DNA of 48,881 bases from Candidatus Methylomirabilota bacterium (GTDB taxonomy: Bacteria; Methylomirabilota; Methylomirabilia; Rokubacteriales; CSP1-6): the NCBI GenBank assembly GCA_035275385.1, contig DATEMW010000343.1, positions 1 through 48,881 of the forward strand, given 5' to 3'. Both the position numbers and the translations under genes were made by a program. The notes under the pieces were generated by a model. It was given only the letters and a program-made list of their open reading frames with translations, ran no database searches and had not been told where the DNA came from. Positions 1 through 10,695 of this stretch are shown here, piece after piece. Position 1 is the stretch's first letter, and each line of letters begins with the position of its first letter.

Positions 1-426
1 CTCCGTGTAGATCCACTTGATCTCGATCATGCCGCCGACGTCGGTGTTGATGTCCAAGGCGCCGTTCGTCGCGCTCTTGGTGCCGCCGCCGAAGCCGCCG
101 GCCGCGCCCGAGTTGTTCCCCGGGAAGCCGCCGTCGTTCGAACCGCCCTGGCCGTACATCAGGTCGATTTCGAGACCGAGCACCGCCTTGGTCCGTCCGA
201 CCGCGAACTCGATGTCGGGACGGAAGCGCGTACGCGCATACCACTCACGATCGTTGTCACGGGTGTAGTTACCGTCGTAGAAGTTCCGGCCAGCCGTGGT
301 CAGCTGGTCGAACGTTCCCGTGATCGTCACCTTCGGCGCGGGCGGCGGCGTCTGTGCGAACACAGCCGGCGCCAGCATCGCCAGGATGACGAGCGCGAAT
401 ACAGCGGTGAGCAGACATCTCCTCAT
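1..426 (-). CDS. Outer-membrane beta-barrel porin-like protein, paralogue A (first 142 codons only; the 3' end lies beyond the window start)
   Basis: Manual minus-strand translation from ATG at 426 gives MRRCLLTAVFALVILAMLAPAVFAQTPPPAPKVTITGTFDQLTTAGRNFYDGNYTRDNDREWYARTRFRPD... This has a signal peptide and is colinear with, and clearly homologous to, the N-terminus of the 542..2218 protein. GAGGAGG RBS sits 5 nt upstream. It is not in the ORF track because it runs off the edge. Confidence 0.75.
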   Translation of the reverse strand, partial: MRRCLLTAVFALVILAMLAPAVFAQTPPPAPKVTITGTFDQLTTAGRNFYDGNYTRDNDREWYARTRFRPDIEFAVGRTKAVLGLEIDLMYGQGGSNDGGFPGNNSGAAGGFGGGTKSATNGALDINTDVGGMIEIKWIYTE

Positions 427-541
427 TACTGCCTCCTCAAATGTGGTGAGCAGCAATCAGCTCGTTGCCGAAACTCAACGCCGACATCACCAACAACTCC
501 ACCGCCAGTCGCATCCGGATCGTTCACGTTCGGTGCGTGAC

Positions 542-2218
542 TCAGAACGCCAGGCGCACGCGCGCAGCTAGCTGGTATGCATCGTGTGGATCGCGGCGGG
601 TGTGCACCCCGTTCACGACCTCCGCCGTGGCCAATGCCCCGCCCGCGAACAGATATGAGCCCGCGATGTCGAACGCCGTGTTCGGGGCAAACCGCCACGT
701 GATTCCGAGGTCCACCTCGGTGCCGATATAGTTGGAGTCGCCTTTTACCCAGCTTTGATCGTCCACGGTTGTCCGGCTGACGGAGCCCCCGGCGAGACCC
801 GGCAGGGAGTTCGTGTCGGTATCGACCTTTTCGGCGGTCCACGTCGGGTTCACCATCCCGTACACGGAGAACGCGGGCGTGACGCTGTACGTGGTCCTGA
901 GACCGAACCCTGCGCGGCCATAGCGGTCGTAGCCGATGTGGCGGCCCATGTTCGTCGCCAGCTGGCCGTTGAAGTAATCGATCCCGTTGGCCAGGATCTC
1001 GGCCCAGCCCGCCCAATAGCCAGCATCCGTGGAGAGCGGCTGGAAGTAACGGACGCTCCGCGCGAGGTTGTCGCGGGCCTTGTTGCCCGGGGTATAGACG
1101 CCGCGCGCTTCGAGCAGCAGCGGACCCAGCTGGTAGGACGCGATGATGTCGACGATCCAGGCGCTCATGTCGGCCTCGACGACCCCGACCGTCCCGTCCG
1201 ACCTCACCGCCTGGTGATCGCGGTGCCCCCACTGGTACATGAGCGTCGGATCGAGACCGAAGGCGCCGGCACGCCAGCGCATGTCGACTCCGATCGTGTG
1301 CCGATCCTCATGGAGAGCAGAGTCGCCCGCCGGTGCGCCCCCGCCGAGGGTCGCTGCCGAGTTGGTCGTGTTGGTGACCGCGGCATTCTGGACGAACCCC
1401 CGACTGATCAGGGCGTGGCGCGAGCTGGCGTTCGTCACGCCATCGGCGTGGAAGTAGGAGTACAGCGGCTTGATGTCGAGCCCCTTGAACGGCGTGACTT
1501 CCGGGCTGACCGTGATCGCCCAGTCCTCGCCGCGGCTCGTCCGCAAGTTGGCGGCTGTACGGTTACCGCCGGCGAGCTGGTCCTCGGACACGACGTAGGC
1601 GAGCTTGAGGACGACGTTTGGGTCGAACCTCGTAATCGTCGACAGTCCGGCAAAATCGCCGTTGGCGTAGACGATCTTGTAATTGGCCAGGGTGCTCCAG
1701 GGTTGACCGCCGGCCCGCGCCATCGTGTCGACCGGGATGAACGGCATGATGCTGTCCCGCCCGGTCAGCGGAAATTCGGTGTAGATCCACTTGATCTCGA
1801 TCATGCCGCCGACGTCGGTGTTGAGGTCGAGACAGCCGTTCGAGTTGTTTTTGCAGCCGGTGGTCGCGTTGCCGGCTCCGACGGCGGCGACGCCGCCCGC
1901 CGAGCCTGTGTTGTTTCCGGGGAATCCGCCGTCGTTGGGTCCGGTCTGGCCGTACGTCAGGTCGATCTCGAGCCCGAGCACGGCCTTGACCCGCCCGACC
2001 TCGAACGTGAAGTCGGGGCGGAACCGGGTCCGGGCGTACCACTCCCGGTCGTTGTCTCGCGTGAAGTTTCCGTCGTAGAAGTTCCGACCTGCCGCCGTGA
2101 CCTGGTCGAACAATCCGGTAATCGTGACCTTTGGTGTCGGAGTCTGCGCGAAGACGGCAGAAACTAGGATCAGCAGGACCATCTGAGCCAGAAGTGCGGG
2201 AGCGAGGACCCTTTTCAT
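542..2218 (-). CDS. Outer-membrane beta-barrel porin-like protein, paralogue B (558 aa)
   Basis: The start was moved to the internal ATG at 2218 (MKRVLAPALLAQMVLLILVSAVFAQT, signal peptide), with GGGGAG 6 nt upstream. The sequence is Gly/Thr/Asn/Tyr-rich with alternating strand-like segments. The C-terminus ...QLAARVRLAF ends in an aromatic residue, typical of BAM-inserted barrels. The specific porin family was not recognised. Confidence 0.8.
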   Translation of the reverse strand: MKRVLAPALLAQMVLLILVSAVFAQTPTPKVTITGLFDQVTAAGRNFYDGNFTRDNDREWYARTRFRPDFTFEVGRVKAVLGLEIDLTYGQTGPNDGGFPGNNTGSAGGVAAVGAGNATTGCKNNSNGCLDLNTDVGGMIEIKWIYTEFPLTGRDSIMPFIPVDTMARAGGQPWSTLANYKIVYANGDFAGLSTITRFDPNVVLKLAYVVSEDQLAGGNRTAANLRTSRGEDWAITVSPEVTPFKGLDIKPLYSYFHADGVTNASSRHALISRGFVQNAAVTNTTNSAATLGGGAPAGDSALHEDRHTIGVDMRWRAGAFGLDPTLMYQWGHRDHQAVRSDGTVGVVEADMSAWIVDIIASYQLGPLLLEARGVYTPGNKARDNLARSVRYFQPLSTDAGYWAGWAEILANGIDYFNGQLATNMGRHIGYDRYGRAGFGLRTTYSVTPAFSVYGMVNPTWTAEKVDTDTNSLPGLAGGSVSRTTVDDQSWVKGDSNYIGTEVDLGITWRFAPNTAFDIAGSYLFAGGALATAEVVNGVHTRRDPHDAYQLAARVRLAF

Positions 2219-2317
2219 CTCGATCTCCCCGAAGCCGGGCGGCACTGCCCTGAAAGCTGTCGCGCGAGGGCCGTCACTGTTATCAAGTGTGCACGGCAAA
2301 GCCTTGCACACCGCGCA

Positions 2318-2348
2318 ATTTTTACTGCATGTGGACTTACATCGTCAA
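2318..2348 (-). promoter_or_regulatory. Putative sigma70-type promoter for porin paralogue B
   Basis: The minus strand reads TTGACG (2348-2343), an 18-nt spacer, then TAAAAAT (2324-2318), inside the only AT-rich stretch of the 2219-2399 intergenic region. An inverted repeat GTGTGCA-N11-TGCACAC (2287-2311) follows immediately at or after the predicted start site. Motif-based only. Confidence 0.4.
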
Positions 2349-2399
2349 GAAAAAATACCCGCAATTAAAACAGATAGTTACAGTACGGTACTGCGGAGT

Positions 2400-3080
2400 C
2401 TAGCCCCCGTCCCCCAGGGCCTTGAGGCGGTCGAGAGCGGCGCGCCCCACGGGCGAGTCGGGGCCGAGCTGGCGGGCTTGCCGGAAAGCGGCCTTCGCCT
2501 CGTCCTTCCGATTCTCAGCGATGAAAACGAGGCCGAGGTTGTAGTAGGCCGTCTGCATCTTCGGGTCGAGGCTGATCGCGAAGCGAAGCGTTTGCTCCGC
2601 CTCGCGATACTGCTTTAGGTGGTAGAGAGCGAGACCAAGGTTCTGGTTCGCGGTCTCGGGAATCGTCAAGGTCGGCAGCTCGAGCGATTTCCGGTAACTC
2701 ACGACCGCCTCGTCCCAGCGGCGAGACTCGGCGAGCGCTGTTCCCATGTGGAAGTGAGCGTCGGCGTACATGGGGTTGAGCTCGACGGCCTTCTTGAAGT
2801 GCTCGAGCGCCATGTCGGGTCGGCCGAGCTCGAGGAGCACCACGCCGAGCGTGTCGCGATAGAGCGGCGAAGACGGATTGATGTTGATGGCTTCCTGCAG
2901 TGAAGCCAAGGCGCCCGCCGGCTGCTTGTCGTTCAGATAGCTGAGGGCGCGATCGTACGCAGCGCGCGCCTGGAGCTTCTGGACTTCGGCGTGCTTCTCA
3001 GCCTCTTTCGTGTTCGCACATCCGGCCGCCGCCAGAGCGAAAACAAGCAGAGTCAGCCAAAGCCCGTGTCTTCTTGACAC
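2400..3080 (-). CDS. TPR-repeat lipoprotein (226 aa)
   Basis: GTG start at 3080 is preceded by GGAGGA. The N-terminus VSRRHGLWLTLLVFALAAAGC carries a lipobox (LAAAGC). Several TPR-like repeats follow (ALEHFKKAVELNPMYADAHFHMG, AEQTLRFAISLDPKMQTAYYNLG). The longer 303-aa ORF version would run antisense through the FmdB gene and was rejected. Confidence 0.8.
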   Translation of the reverse strand: MSRRHGLWLTLLVFALAAAGCANTKEAEKHAEVQKLQARAAYDRALSYLNDKQPAGALASLQEAININPSSPLYRDTLGVVLLELGRPDMALEHFKKAVELNPMYADAHFHMGTALAESRRWDEAVVSYRKSLELPTLTIPETANQNLGLALYHLKQYREAEQTLRFAISLDPKMQTAYYNLGLVFIAENRKDEAKAAFRQARQLGPDSPVGRAALDRLKALGDGG

Positions 3081-3110
3081 ACTCAATCCTCCCCATGTAG
3101 CCTCAACAGG

Positions 3111-3464
3111 ATGCCTACCTACGAATATGAATGCCGCAAGTGCAGACGCGTCTTCGAAATCCGCCAGCGAATCTCCGAGCCCGCACTGACGGTGTGCGAC
3201 GTATGCGGCGGCGAAGTACGCCGTCTCCTCTCTGCCGCCCCGTTCATTCTGAAGGGTGAAGGGTGGTACGTCACCGACTATCCTTCGGAGTCTCGCAAAC
3301 AAGCGCTGCAATCCGAAAAAACGTCGGCGGATAAACCCTCCACGGATAAACCTTCCGCGGATAAAACTTCTTCGGACAAGACGAGCGAGAAGCCGGCTGC
3401 CAAGGGCAGCGACGGCACTACGAGCGCCTCCGCTCCCGCCGCCCCACCGGCGAAGTCCGACTGA
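3111..3464 (+). CDS. FmdB-family putative regulatory zinc-ribbon protein with a low-complexity S/T-D-K-P tail
   Basis: MPTYEYECRKCRRVFEIRQRISEPALTVCDVCGGEVRRLLS is the classic CxxC...CxxC FmdB/CxxC_CxxC_SSSS N-terminus. The C-terminal half is a repetitive, charged tail. Confidence 0.85.
   Translation: MPTYEYECRKCRRVFEIRQRISEPALTVCDVCGGEVRRLLSAAPFILKGEGWYVTDYPSESRKQALQSEKTSADKPSTDKPSADKTSSDKTSEKPAAKGSDGTTSASAPAAPPAKSD
3324..3383 (+). repeat. Four tandem 15-bp units inside the FmdB-like CDS
   Basis: The units are tcggcggataaaccc / tccacggataaacct / tccgcggataaaact / tcttcggacaagacg. They encode SADKP-STDKP-SADKT-SSDKT. Confidence 0.8.
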
Positions 3465-4224
3465 CCACGACGGGAGTCCCGCGGCCGGCCCTGAGCGTCT
3501 TGGCCGCGCTTCCCGCGTTGACCGCGATCTCCAGACGGTTGCCCGAGCCCACGAGCGCTCCCGGATTGCCGCGCTTCAGCTCCCCGTAGGTCCGCACCAG
3601 CGGAAGCGTCTTCCCCGCCACCCGCACGGTGATCTCCGGGCCGAGCGAGGTCAGTGCCTCGCCCGGAATCGAGGTCACGAGGTTACCGAAGCGGTCGATA
3701 TGGAGGACCGCGCCGCCGATCTTTCCGCCGGCGATCCGTGCTTCGGGCCACGTGAGCCGCACCGGATCGGTCACCGCGGGCCCGAGCCGGTGAGGCTCGA
3801 GACCTCGCGCCAGGTGGGCGGCCGCCGGCGCGAAGACGTCACGCCCGTGAAACGTCCGGCTCACACGTGCGCCGCGGAACTCCGCGGCCGTCAGCTCGAA
3901 CGCGCGCCAGCCGGCGTCTGCGAGGAACGGCGTGAACAGACCGTTGTCGGGTCCGACGAACGTGCGGCCGCCGGCCGTGACGGCCAGCCCGCGCCGCGCC
4001 GTACCGACACCCGGATCGACCACGGCGACGTGGATCGTGCCCGGCGGAAACCAGCGTGCGGCGGCCTCCAGCGCCAGGGCGCCGGCGAGGACGTCCTGAG
4101 GCGGGATTTCGTGCGTGACGTCGACGACGTGGACGTCGCGGGTGATCGACAGGATCGCCGCCTTCATCTCGGCGACGTAGGTATCGCGCGTGCCGAAATC
4201 GGTCGTCAGCGAGATGACCGCCAC
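3418..4224 (-). CDS. SAM hydroxide adenosyltransferase / DUF62 (chlorinase-fluorinase-like) family protein
   Basis: MAVISLTTDFGTRDTYVAEMKAAIL... and HIDRFGNLVTSI are family hallmarks. The 3' end overlaps the convergent FmdB gene by 47 bp. Confidence 0.85.
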   Translation of the reverse strand: MAVISLTTDFGTRDTYVAEMKAAILSITRDVHVVDVTHEIPPQDVLAGALALEAAARWFPPGTIHVAVVDPGVGTARRGLAVTAGGRTFVGPDNGLFTPFLADAGWRAFELTAAEFRGARVSRTFHGRDVFAPAAAHLARGLEPHRLGPAVTDPVRLTWPEARIAGGKIGGAVLHIDRFGNLVTSIPGEALTSLGPEITVRVAGKTLPLVRTYGELKRGNPGALVGSGNRLEIAVNAGSAAKTLRAGRGTPVVVSRTSPVGRRERRRS

Positions 4225-4225
4225 G

Positions 4226-5224
4226 TCACCGATCGCGATCCACCACGAAGTCCGCGATCAATGCCAGCGTTTCTCGCTCTTCGGACGGGGCGAACACGGT
4301 CAGCGCGGCCTTCGCCGAGCGGGCGTACTCGTGCGCCTGGGCCATGGCGTACTCCACGCCCTCGTGCTCGACGACGTAGCGACGGATCTCGTCGACCTCT
4401 TCGGCCCCGAGGGCCTGGCGCTTGAGCAAGCCTTTGACGCGCTCGCCCTCGGCCGGCGTCACACGCGCGAGCATCGCGATCAGGGGCAAGGTGCGCTTGC
4501 CCTCGCGGAGGTCGGCGCCGATCGCCTTGCCCAGCCGGTCTTGATTCGCCACGAAGTCGAGCGAGTCGTCCGAGATCTGGAACGCGACGCCGATGTCCAT
4601 GCCGTACTGCGTGAGGGCATCGACCTGGCTCGCCGGGAGCCCGCCCAGGAGCGCGCCGATACGGCAGCACGCGGAAATGAACGACGCCGTCTTCTGGGAG
4701 ATGATCCTCAAGTAGTCCGCCTCGGTCGTGACGCCGCTGCGCTTGAGCTGGAGCTGGAAGACTTCGGCTTCCGTCATCGACACGGTCGAGCGCGCGAGCG
4801 TTTCCATCACCGCGCGGTCGTTGTCGCGCACGAGCATCGCGAACGACTTCGAGTAGAGGTGATCGCCGACCAGGACCGAGGCGTCGTCGCCCCACTGCGC
4901 GTTGGCCGAGGGCCGCCCGCGCCGGAGCGGCGCCTGATCCACGACGTCGTCGTGGATCAAGGTCGCGGTGTGGAGCATCTCGACCACGCAGGCCAGCCGT
5001 ACGCCTCGGGGGCCGGTATAGCCGGCCAGGCGTGCCGCCAGCAACAGCAGCATCGGGCGCAGGCGCTTGCCGCCGGCGCCCGCGATGTAGCCGCCCATCT
5101 CCTGGATGAGCGGCACCGGCGAATCGAGCTCGTGCCGAATTTCCGCCTCGACGCGCTCCAGATCGCCGCCGAGCAGCGCAGCGACGCGCTCCTTCAGGAC
5201 CCGCTCGAGGGTGGGTGTGGCCAC
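4226..5224 (-). CDS. ispB: Long-chain polyprenyl diphosphate synthase (octaprenyl/heptaprenyl type)
   Basis: Two Asp-rich motifs are present: LIHDDVVDQAPLRRGRPS and FQISDDSLDF. Overall colinearity with IspB-type trans-prenyltransferases. Confidence 0.9.
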   Translation of the reverse strand: MATPTLERVLKERVAALLGGDLERVEAEIRHELDSPVPLIQEMGGYIAGAGGKRLRPMLLLLAARLAGYTGPRGVRLACVVEMLHTATLIHDDVVDQAPLRRGRPSANAQWGDDASVLVGDHLYSKSFAMLVRDNDRAVMETLARSTVSMTEAEVFQLQLKRSGVTTEADYLRIISQKTASFISACCRIGALLGGLPASQVDALTQYGMDIGVAFQISDDSLDFVANQDRLGKAIGADLREGKRTLPLIAMLARVTPAEGERVKGLLKRQALGAEEVDEIRRYVVEHEGVEYAMAQAHEYARSAKAALTVFAPSEERETLALIADFVVDRDR

Positions 5225-5232
5225 GCGAGCGA

Positions 5233-5970
5233 CTACTTCGGGACGACGCGATCCTTGACCTGGATCCGCGCGCCTGGGGCCACCGTCTGGACGTCAGCGA
5301 CCGAGAATCGCTCGCGCATCTCCGTGACGCGCGCCGTGCCGATTTCCTCGTCGAGATTGCCGAGCACCTCGCCCGTCACCGGGTGCACCAGCGGGATCAC
5401 GTCGGCGCGCCGAAGGCTCACCAGGGTCCCAGGCCGGATTCCGTCGGCCGCGGTCAGGTCGATGACGATCCGCGTCGTGTCGACGTAGACGACGAATCCG
5501 CGCTTGGGACCTTCCGGGGCCTTGCCGTTGGTCGGCTGCGCCTGGGTCGGCGCGGCCGGGGCGGCGCCCTTCGCCGCCGGAGCGGACGCCGGAGCCGCCG
5601 GCGCCGGAGTCGCCACCGGCGTCTGCGCGGGCATCCCCTGACGCGCGCTGATCTTGCCGCCGCCGGGCGGCGCGCCGTAGCGCGCCACGATCTCCGGCGG
5701 CGCGATGATCGAGCCCTTGCCGAACACGACCGTCCCCAGGGTCACCGGCGTCTTGTCTTCCTCGACCCAGACGTATTCGGGCTCGCTCGGCACGTCGCCG
5801 AAGCGGGGATTGCGGATCAGCAGCCACTTGGTCTCCGCCGACTTGATCGCGACCGAGGGATCGCCGGCGTTGGGGACACCGATGACCTGCTTCGCCGTCG
5901 AGCAGCCGAACGCCGTGACGGCGACGACAGCGAGCAGCACGATGCGTCGCACGGTCATGGAGCCGGCCAT
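5233..5970 (-). CDS. Hypothetical lipoprotein with Ala/Pro linker (start may be the ATG at 5958)
   Basis: MAGSMTVRRIVLLAVVAVTAFGCS contains a lipobox (TAFGC). A central PAPAAPASAPAAKGAAPAAP linker is present. The C-terminal ~75 aa resemble a segment of the upstream 5999..6805 protein. Confidence 0.65.
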   Translation of the reverse strand: MAGSMTVRRIVLLAVVAVTAFGCSTAKQVIGVPNAGDPSVAIKSAETKWLLIRNPRFGDVPSEPEYVWVEEDKTPVTLGTVVFGKGSIIAPPEIVARYGAPPGGGKISARQGMPAQTPVATPAPAAPASAPAAKGAAPAAPTQAQPTNGKAPEGPKRGFVVYVDTTRIVIDLTAADGIRPGTLVSLRRADVIPLVHPVTGEVLGNLDEEIGTARVTEMRERFSVADVQTVAPGARIQVKDRVVPK

Positions 5971-5998
5971 ACCATAGCAGGATCACCCCAGCAAGGCA

Positions 5999-6805
5999 TC
6001 AGTCTTCGCTGGCCGGTTCCCACGGGAAGCGCTGCTCCTCGGCCGCCGCCGGCGGCAAGAGAGCCGCGCGGCGCGAGAAGAGCGCGGTGCCGGTCACGGC
6101 GGAGATGAACGTCGCGTCCAGGTAGACGACCCCGCGGCGCTCGATCAGCACCGGGACGATCCAGCCGGCCACCTCGAATTTCCTCGACACGCGCACCGCC
6201 CGATCCGGCAAGGCCAGCACTTCCTGGACGTGTGCGCCGCCGGTCGCGAAGAGATCGTTCACCGCAAGCGGATCGGTCACGTGGAAGCGCTTGGAGCCCT
6301 CGAGCGCCACCGCGAGCAGATACGGCACCCGGCGAAGATCGGGCTTCGACTTCGATTCGGTCAGATCGAGGACCGGCGTGACCGCGACCTTGATCCGCCC
6401 TCGCGTGATCCGGACGCCGTCGTCCGGCTGCGGGCTCGCCTTGCCCTCGATCGGGACGAACAGCGCCTCGCAGAATCGCGGCTGAACCGCGCGAACCTGT
6501 GCGTAGCCCAGCACCTCCTCGTAGCGGCCGAGCACGCGCCGCGTGATCGGGTGATGGAACTCGTCGCCCTTGCGGAAGATCGTGAACTCCTGGCCGACCT
6601 GGGCGCCGCCGGTCTCCCCGATGTCCAGATAGAGCGTGGTGCCCTCGGCGCCGATCACGAGGCCTTCGAGCGGGCTGAACGCCTTGGTGAAGTCGTCGAC
6701 CATGAGGACGAAGGTCGCGCCGACCCTATCTGCCATCCCGGCGTCGGCGGGCGCGCTCGAGAGCGCGCTCAGCGCGATCAGGACGCCGATCGTCCAGGCC
6801 CGCAT
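5999..6805 (-). CDS. Hypothetical exported protein (268 aa)
   Basis: The start was set at ATG 6805, 2 nt after the mutase stop, giving MRAWTIGVLIALSALSSAPADA (signal peptide). The 600-aa ORF-track version is an out-of-frame read-through into the mutase gene. No family recognised. Confidence 0.65.
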   Translation of the reverse strand: MRAWTIGVLIALSALSSAPADAGMADRVGATFVLMVDDFTKAFSPLEGLVIGAEGTTLYLDIGETGGAQVGQEFTIFRKGDEFHHPITRRVLGRYEEVLGYAQVRAVQPRFCEALFVPIEGKASPQPDDGVRITRGRIKVAVTPVLDLTESKSKPDLRRVPYLLAVALEGSKRFHVTDPLAVNDLFATGGAHVQEVLALPDRAVRVSRKFEVAGWIVPVLIERRGVVYLDATFISAVTGTALFSRRAALLPPAAAEEQRFPWEPASED

Positions 6806-6807
6806 GC

Positions 6808-8390
<1,583 letters not shown>

Positions 8391-8394
<4 letters not shown>

Positions 8395-9941
8395 AGGGGG
8401 AGATTACCGTGTTTCTTGGGCGGGTTGCTGTCGCGCTTGGTCCGCAGGAGCTCGAGCACCTCGCAGAGCCGCGCCCGCGTGTCCCGGGGCTCGATCACCT
8501 CGTCGATGTAGCCGTGCTCGGCGGCGACGTACGGCGTGGCCAGCATCTCGCGGTACTCGCGGGCCTTCTCGGCCTTGAAGCCCGCCGGGTCCGCCGCCTG
8601 GTCCGCCTCGCGCTTGTACAGGATGTTCACGGCGCCCTCGGGGCCCATGACCGCGATCTCCGCCGTCGGGTAGGCGAAGTTCGCGTCGCCGCGGATGTGC
8701 TTGGACGACATCACGCAGTACGCGCCGCCGTACGCCTTGCGGGTGATCACGGTGAGCTTGGGCACGGTCGCCTCGCAGAACGCATAGAGGAGCTTCGCCC
8801 CATGCTTGATGATCCCGCCGAACTCCTGCGTCGTCCCCGGCAGGAAGCCCGGGACGTCCTCGAACGTCACCAGCGGGATGTTGAAGCAGTCGCAGAAGCG
8901 GACGAACCTGGCGCCCTTCAGCGAGGCGTTGATGTCGAGACAGCCGGCCAGGTGCGACGGCTGATTGGCGACGATCCCCACCGGGCGGCCGCCCAGCCGT
9001 CCGAAGCCGACGATCAGATTCGGCGCGAAGCCCGCGTGCACCTCGAAGAAGTAGCGCTCGTCGAGCACCGTCCGAATGATGTCGAGCATGTCGTACGGCT
9101 TGTTCGGCTGATCGGGCACGATCGACTGCAGGCTCTCATCGCGTCGGTCGATCGGATCGCGCGTCGGCCGCCGCGGCGGCTCCTCGAGATTGTTCTGCGG
9201 CAGGAACGTCATCAGCTCACGGATCAGCGCGAGACACTCTTCTTCACTGTCGGCGGCGAAGTGGGCGACGCCGGACGTCGTGCTGTGCGTCCGAGCGCCG
9301 CCGAGATCCTCGGCCGAGACGTTCTCGTGCGTGACCGCGCGGATCACGTCGGGGCCGGTGACGAACATGTACGACGTGTTCTTCACCATCAAGATGAAGT
9401 CGGTCAGCGCCGGCGAGTACACAGCGCCGCCCGCGCATGGGCCCATGATCGCCGAGATCTGCGGCACGACGCCCGAGGCCAGCGTGTTGCGCAGGAACAC
9501 GTCCGCGTAGCCGGCGAGCGAGACGACGCCCTCCTGGATCCGAGCGCCGCCCGAGTCGTTCAGGCCGATGATCGGCGCGCCGGTCTTCACGGCGAGATCC
9601 ATGATCTTGCAGATCTTGCGCGCGTGAGCTTCCGACAGCGAGCCGCCGAACACGGTGAAGTCCTGAGCGAACACGAACACGGGGCGGCCGTGGATACGGC
9701 CGGCGCCGGTGACGACGCCGTCACCGGGTGTGCGCTGGGCGGCCATATCGAAGTCGTGGCTCTGGTGGACGACGAGCCGGTCGATCTCGGAGAAGGAACC
9801 CGCATCGAGGAGGATCTCGAGTCGCTCGCGGGCAGTCTTCTTGCCGGCCTTGTGCTGACGACGGATTCGTTCCTCGCCGCCGGCCAGCTCTGCTTCCGCG
9901 TGTCGGCGACGCAGTTCGTCGAAGCGATCCTGATGCGACAT
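8391..9941 (-). CDS. pccB: Acyl-CoA carboxylase carboxyltransferase (beta) subunit, propionyl-CoA carboxylase / methylmalonyl-CoA carboxyltransferase type
   Basis: The start was set at ATG 9941 ([23 protein letters not shown]..., AGGAG RBS). Diagnostic segments include [31 protein letters not shown] and [21 protein letters not shown] overlap with the mutase start. Confidence 0.9.
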
Positions 9942-9957
9942 CAAGCTCCTAGTTTCA

Positions 9958-9987
9958 TTGACTTTCGGTCGATTTTCCACCAATAAT
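9958..9987 (+). promoter_or_regulatory. Putative promoter giving a leaderless or near-leaderless DUF948 transcript
   Basis: TTGACT (9958-9963), an 18-nt spacer, then AATAAT (9982-9987). Only 8 nt separate the -10 from ATG 9996 and no Shine-Dalgarno is present (ttcaacccc). Motif-based only. Confidence 0.4.
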
Positions 9988-9995
9988 TCAACCCC

Positions 9996-10388
9996 ATGCC
10001 GTTCTGGGTCCAAATGCTCCTCTCCCTGGCGGCGTTTGCGCTGCTGGTGGCGCTCGTGGCCGCGGTCTGGGCGCTCAGAGGGGTGGCGCAACGGGCCGAG
10101 GCCGTGCTGGCCATCGTCGAGCAGGAGCTGAGACCGCTGATCGGGCAGGCCCTGGCCCTCACCGAGGACGTACGAGGGCTCACGCGTGAGGCGGGCCGTG
10201 AGCTCGAGCGGGTGGGCGCTGTCACCGATCGGGTCGAGGACGTCGCGACCGGCGTGGGACGCATCGTCATGACGCTCGGCAGCCTGACTCGCGCCGGACA
10301 GATCGTCGGCGTGGCCGCCGGGATCAAGAAGGGCATCGACGTGTTCGTTCATCGCCTCAGGCATCAAGGAGATCACCATGAGCAATGA
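9996..10388 (+). CDS. DUF948-like membrane-anchored coiled-coil protein
   Basis: An N-terminal TM helix ([27 protein letters not shown]) is followed by helical repeats. This architecture is typical of DUF948. Confidence 0.6.
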   Translation: MPFWVQMLLSLAAFALLVALVAAVWALRGVAQRAEAVLAIVEQELRPLIGQALALTEDVRGLTREAGRELERVGAVTDRVEDVATGVGRIVMTLGSLTRAGQIVGVAAGIKKGIDVFVHRLRHQGDHHEQ

Positions 10389-10695
10389 TCGAAGCGACGC
10401 GGGCGGATACATGGGCTGGTTTCTGTTCGGCGCGCTGCTCGGCGCCGGCATGGCGCTCCTGATGACGCCGAAGACCGGCGCGCAGGCGCGCGAGCTCCTG
10501 GCCGAGCGCGGCGGCGACGTGGCGCGGCGGGCGCAGGAATTCGCCAACGAGGCGCAGGGCCGCGCCGGCGAGTGGCTCGACAAGAGCCGCGAGATCTTCG
10601 AGGAGCAGACCCAGCGGCTCATGAGCGCGTTCGAGGCGGGCCGCGACGCCATGCGGGAAGAGATCCGCCGGGGCTCCAGCGAATCGCGTGGCTGA
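10378..10695 (+). CDS. YtxH-domain protein
   Basis: [29 protein letters not shown] is the YtxH signature (TM helix followed by PxSG/TG...R). It overlaps the DUF948 gene by 11 nt. Confidence 0.75.
   Translation: MSNDRSDAGGYMGWFLFGALLGAGMALLMTPKTGAQARELLAERGGDVARRAQEFANEAQGRAGEWLDKSREIFEEQTQRLMSAFEAGRDAMREEIRRGSSESRG

Noticed and set aside
426-1232. 268-aa minus-strand ORF and other ORFs nested inside the porin gene (755..2167 plus strand, 1563..2042 minus strand).
   Set aside because: They are out of frame or antisense to the 542..2218 porin-like CDS. That CDS has a signal peptide, an RBS, a paralogue and a barrel-type C-terminus.
3324-3383. The tandem 15-bp repeats considered as a possible CRISPR or non-coding repeat array.
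   Set aside because: There are only four directly abutting units with no spacers. They are in frame within the FmdB-like CDS and encode a pentapeptide repeat.
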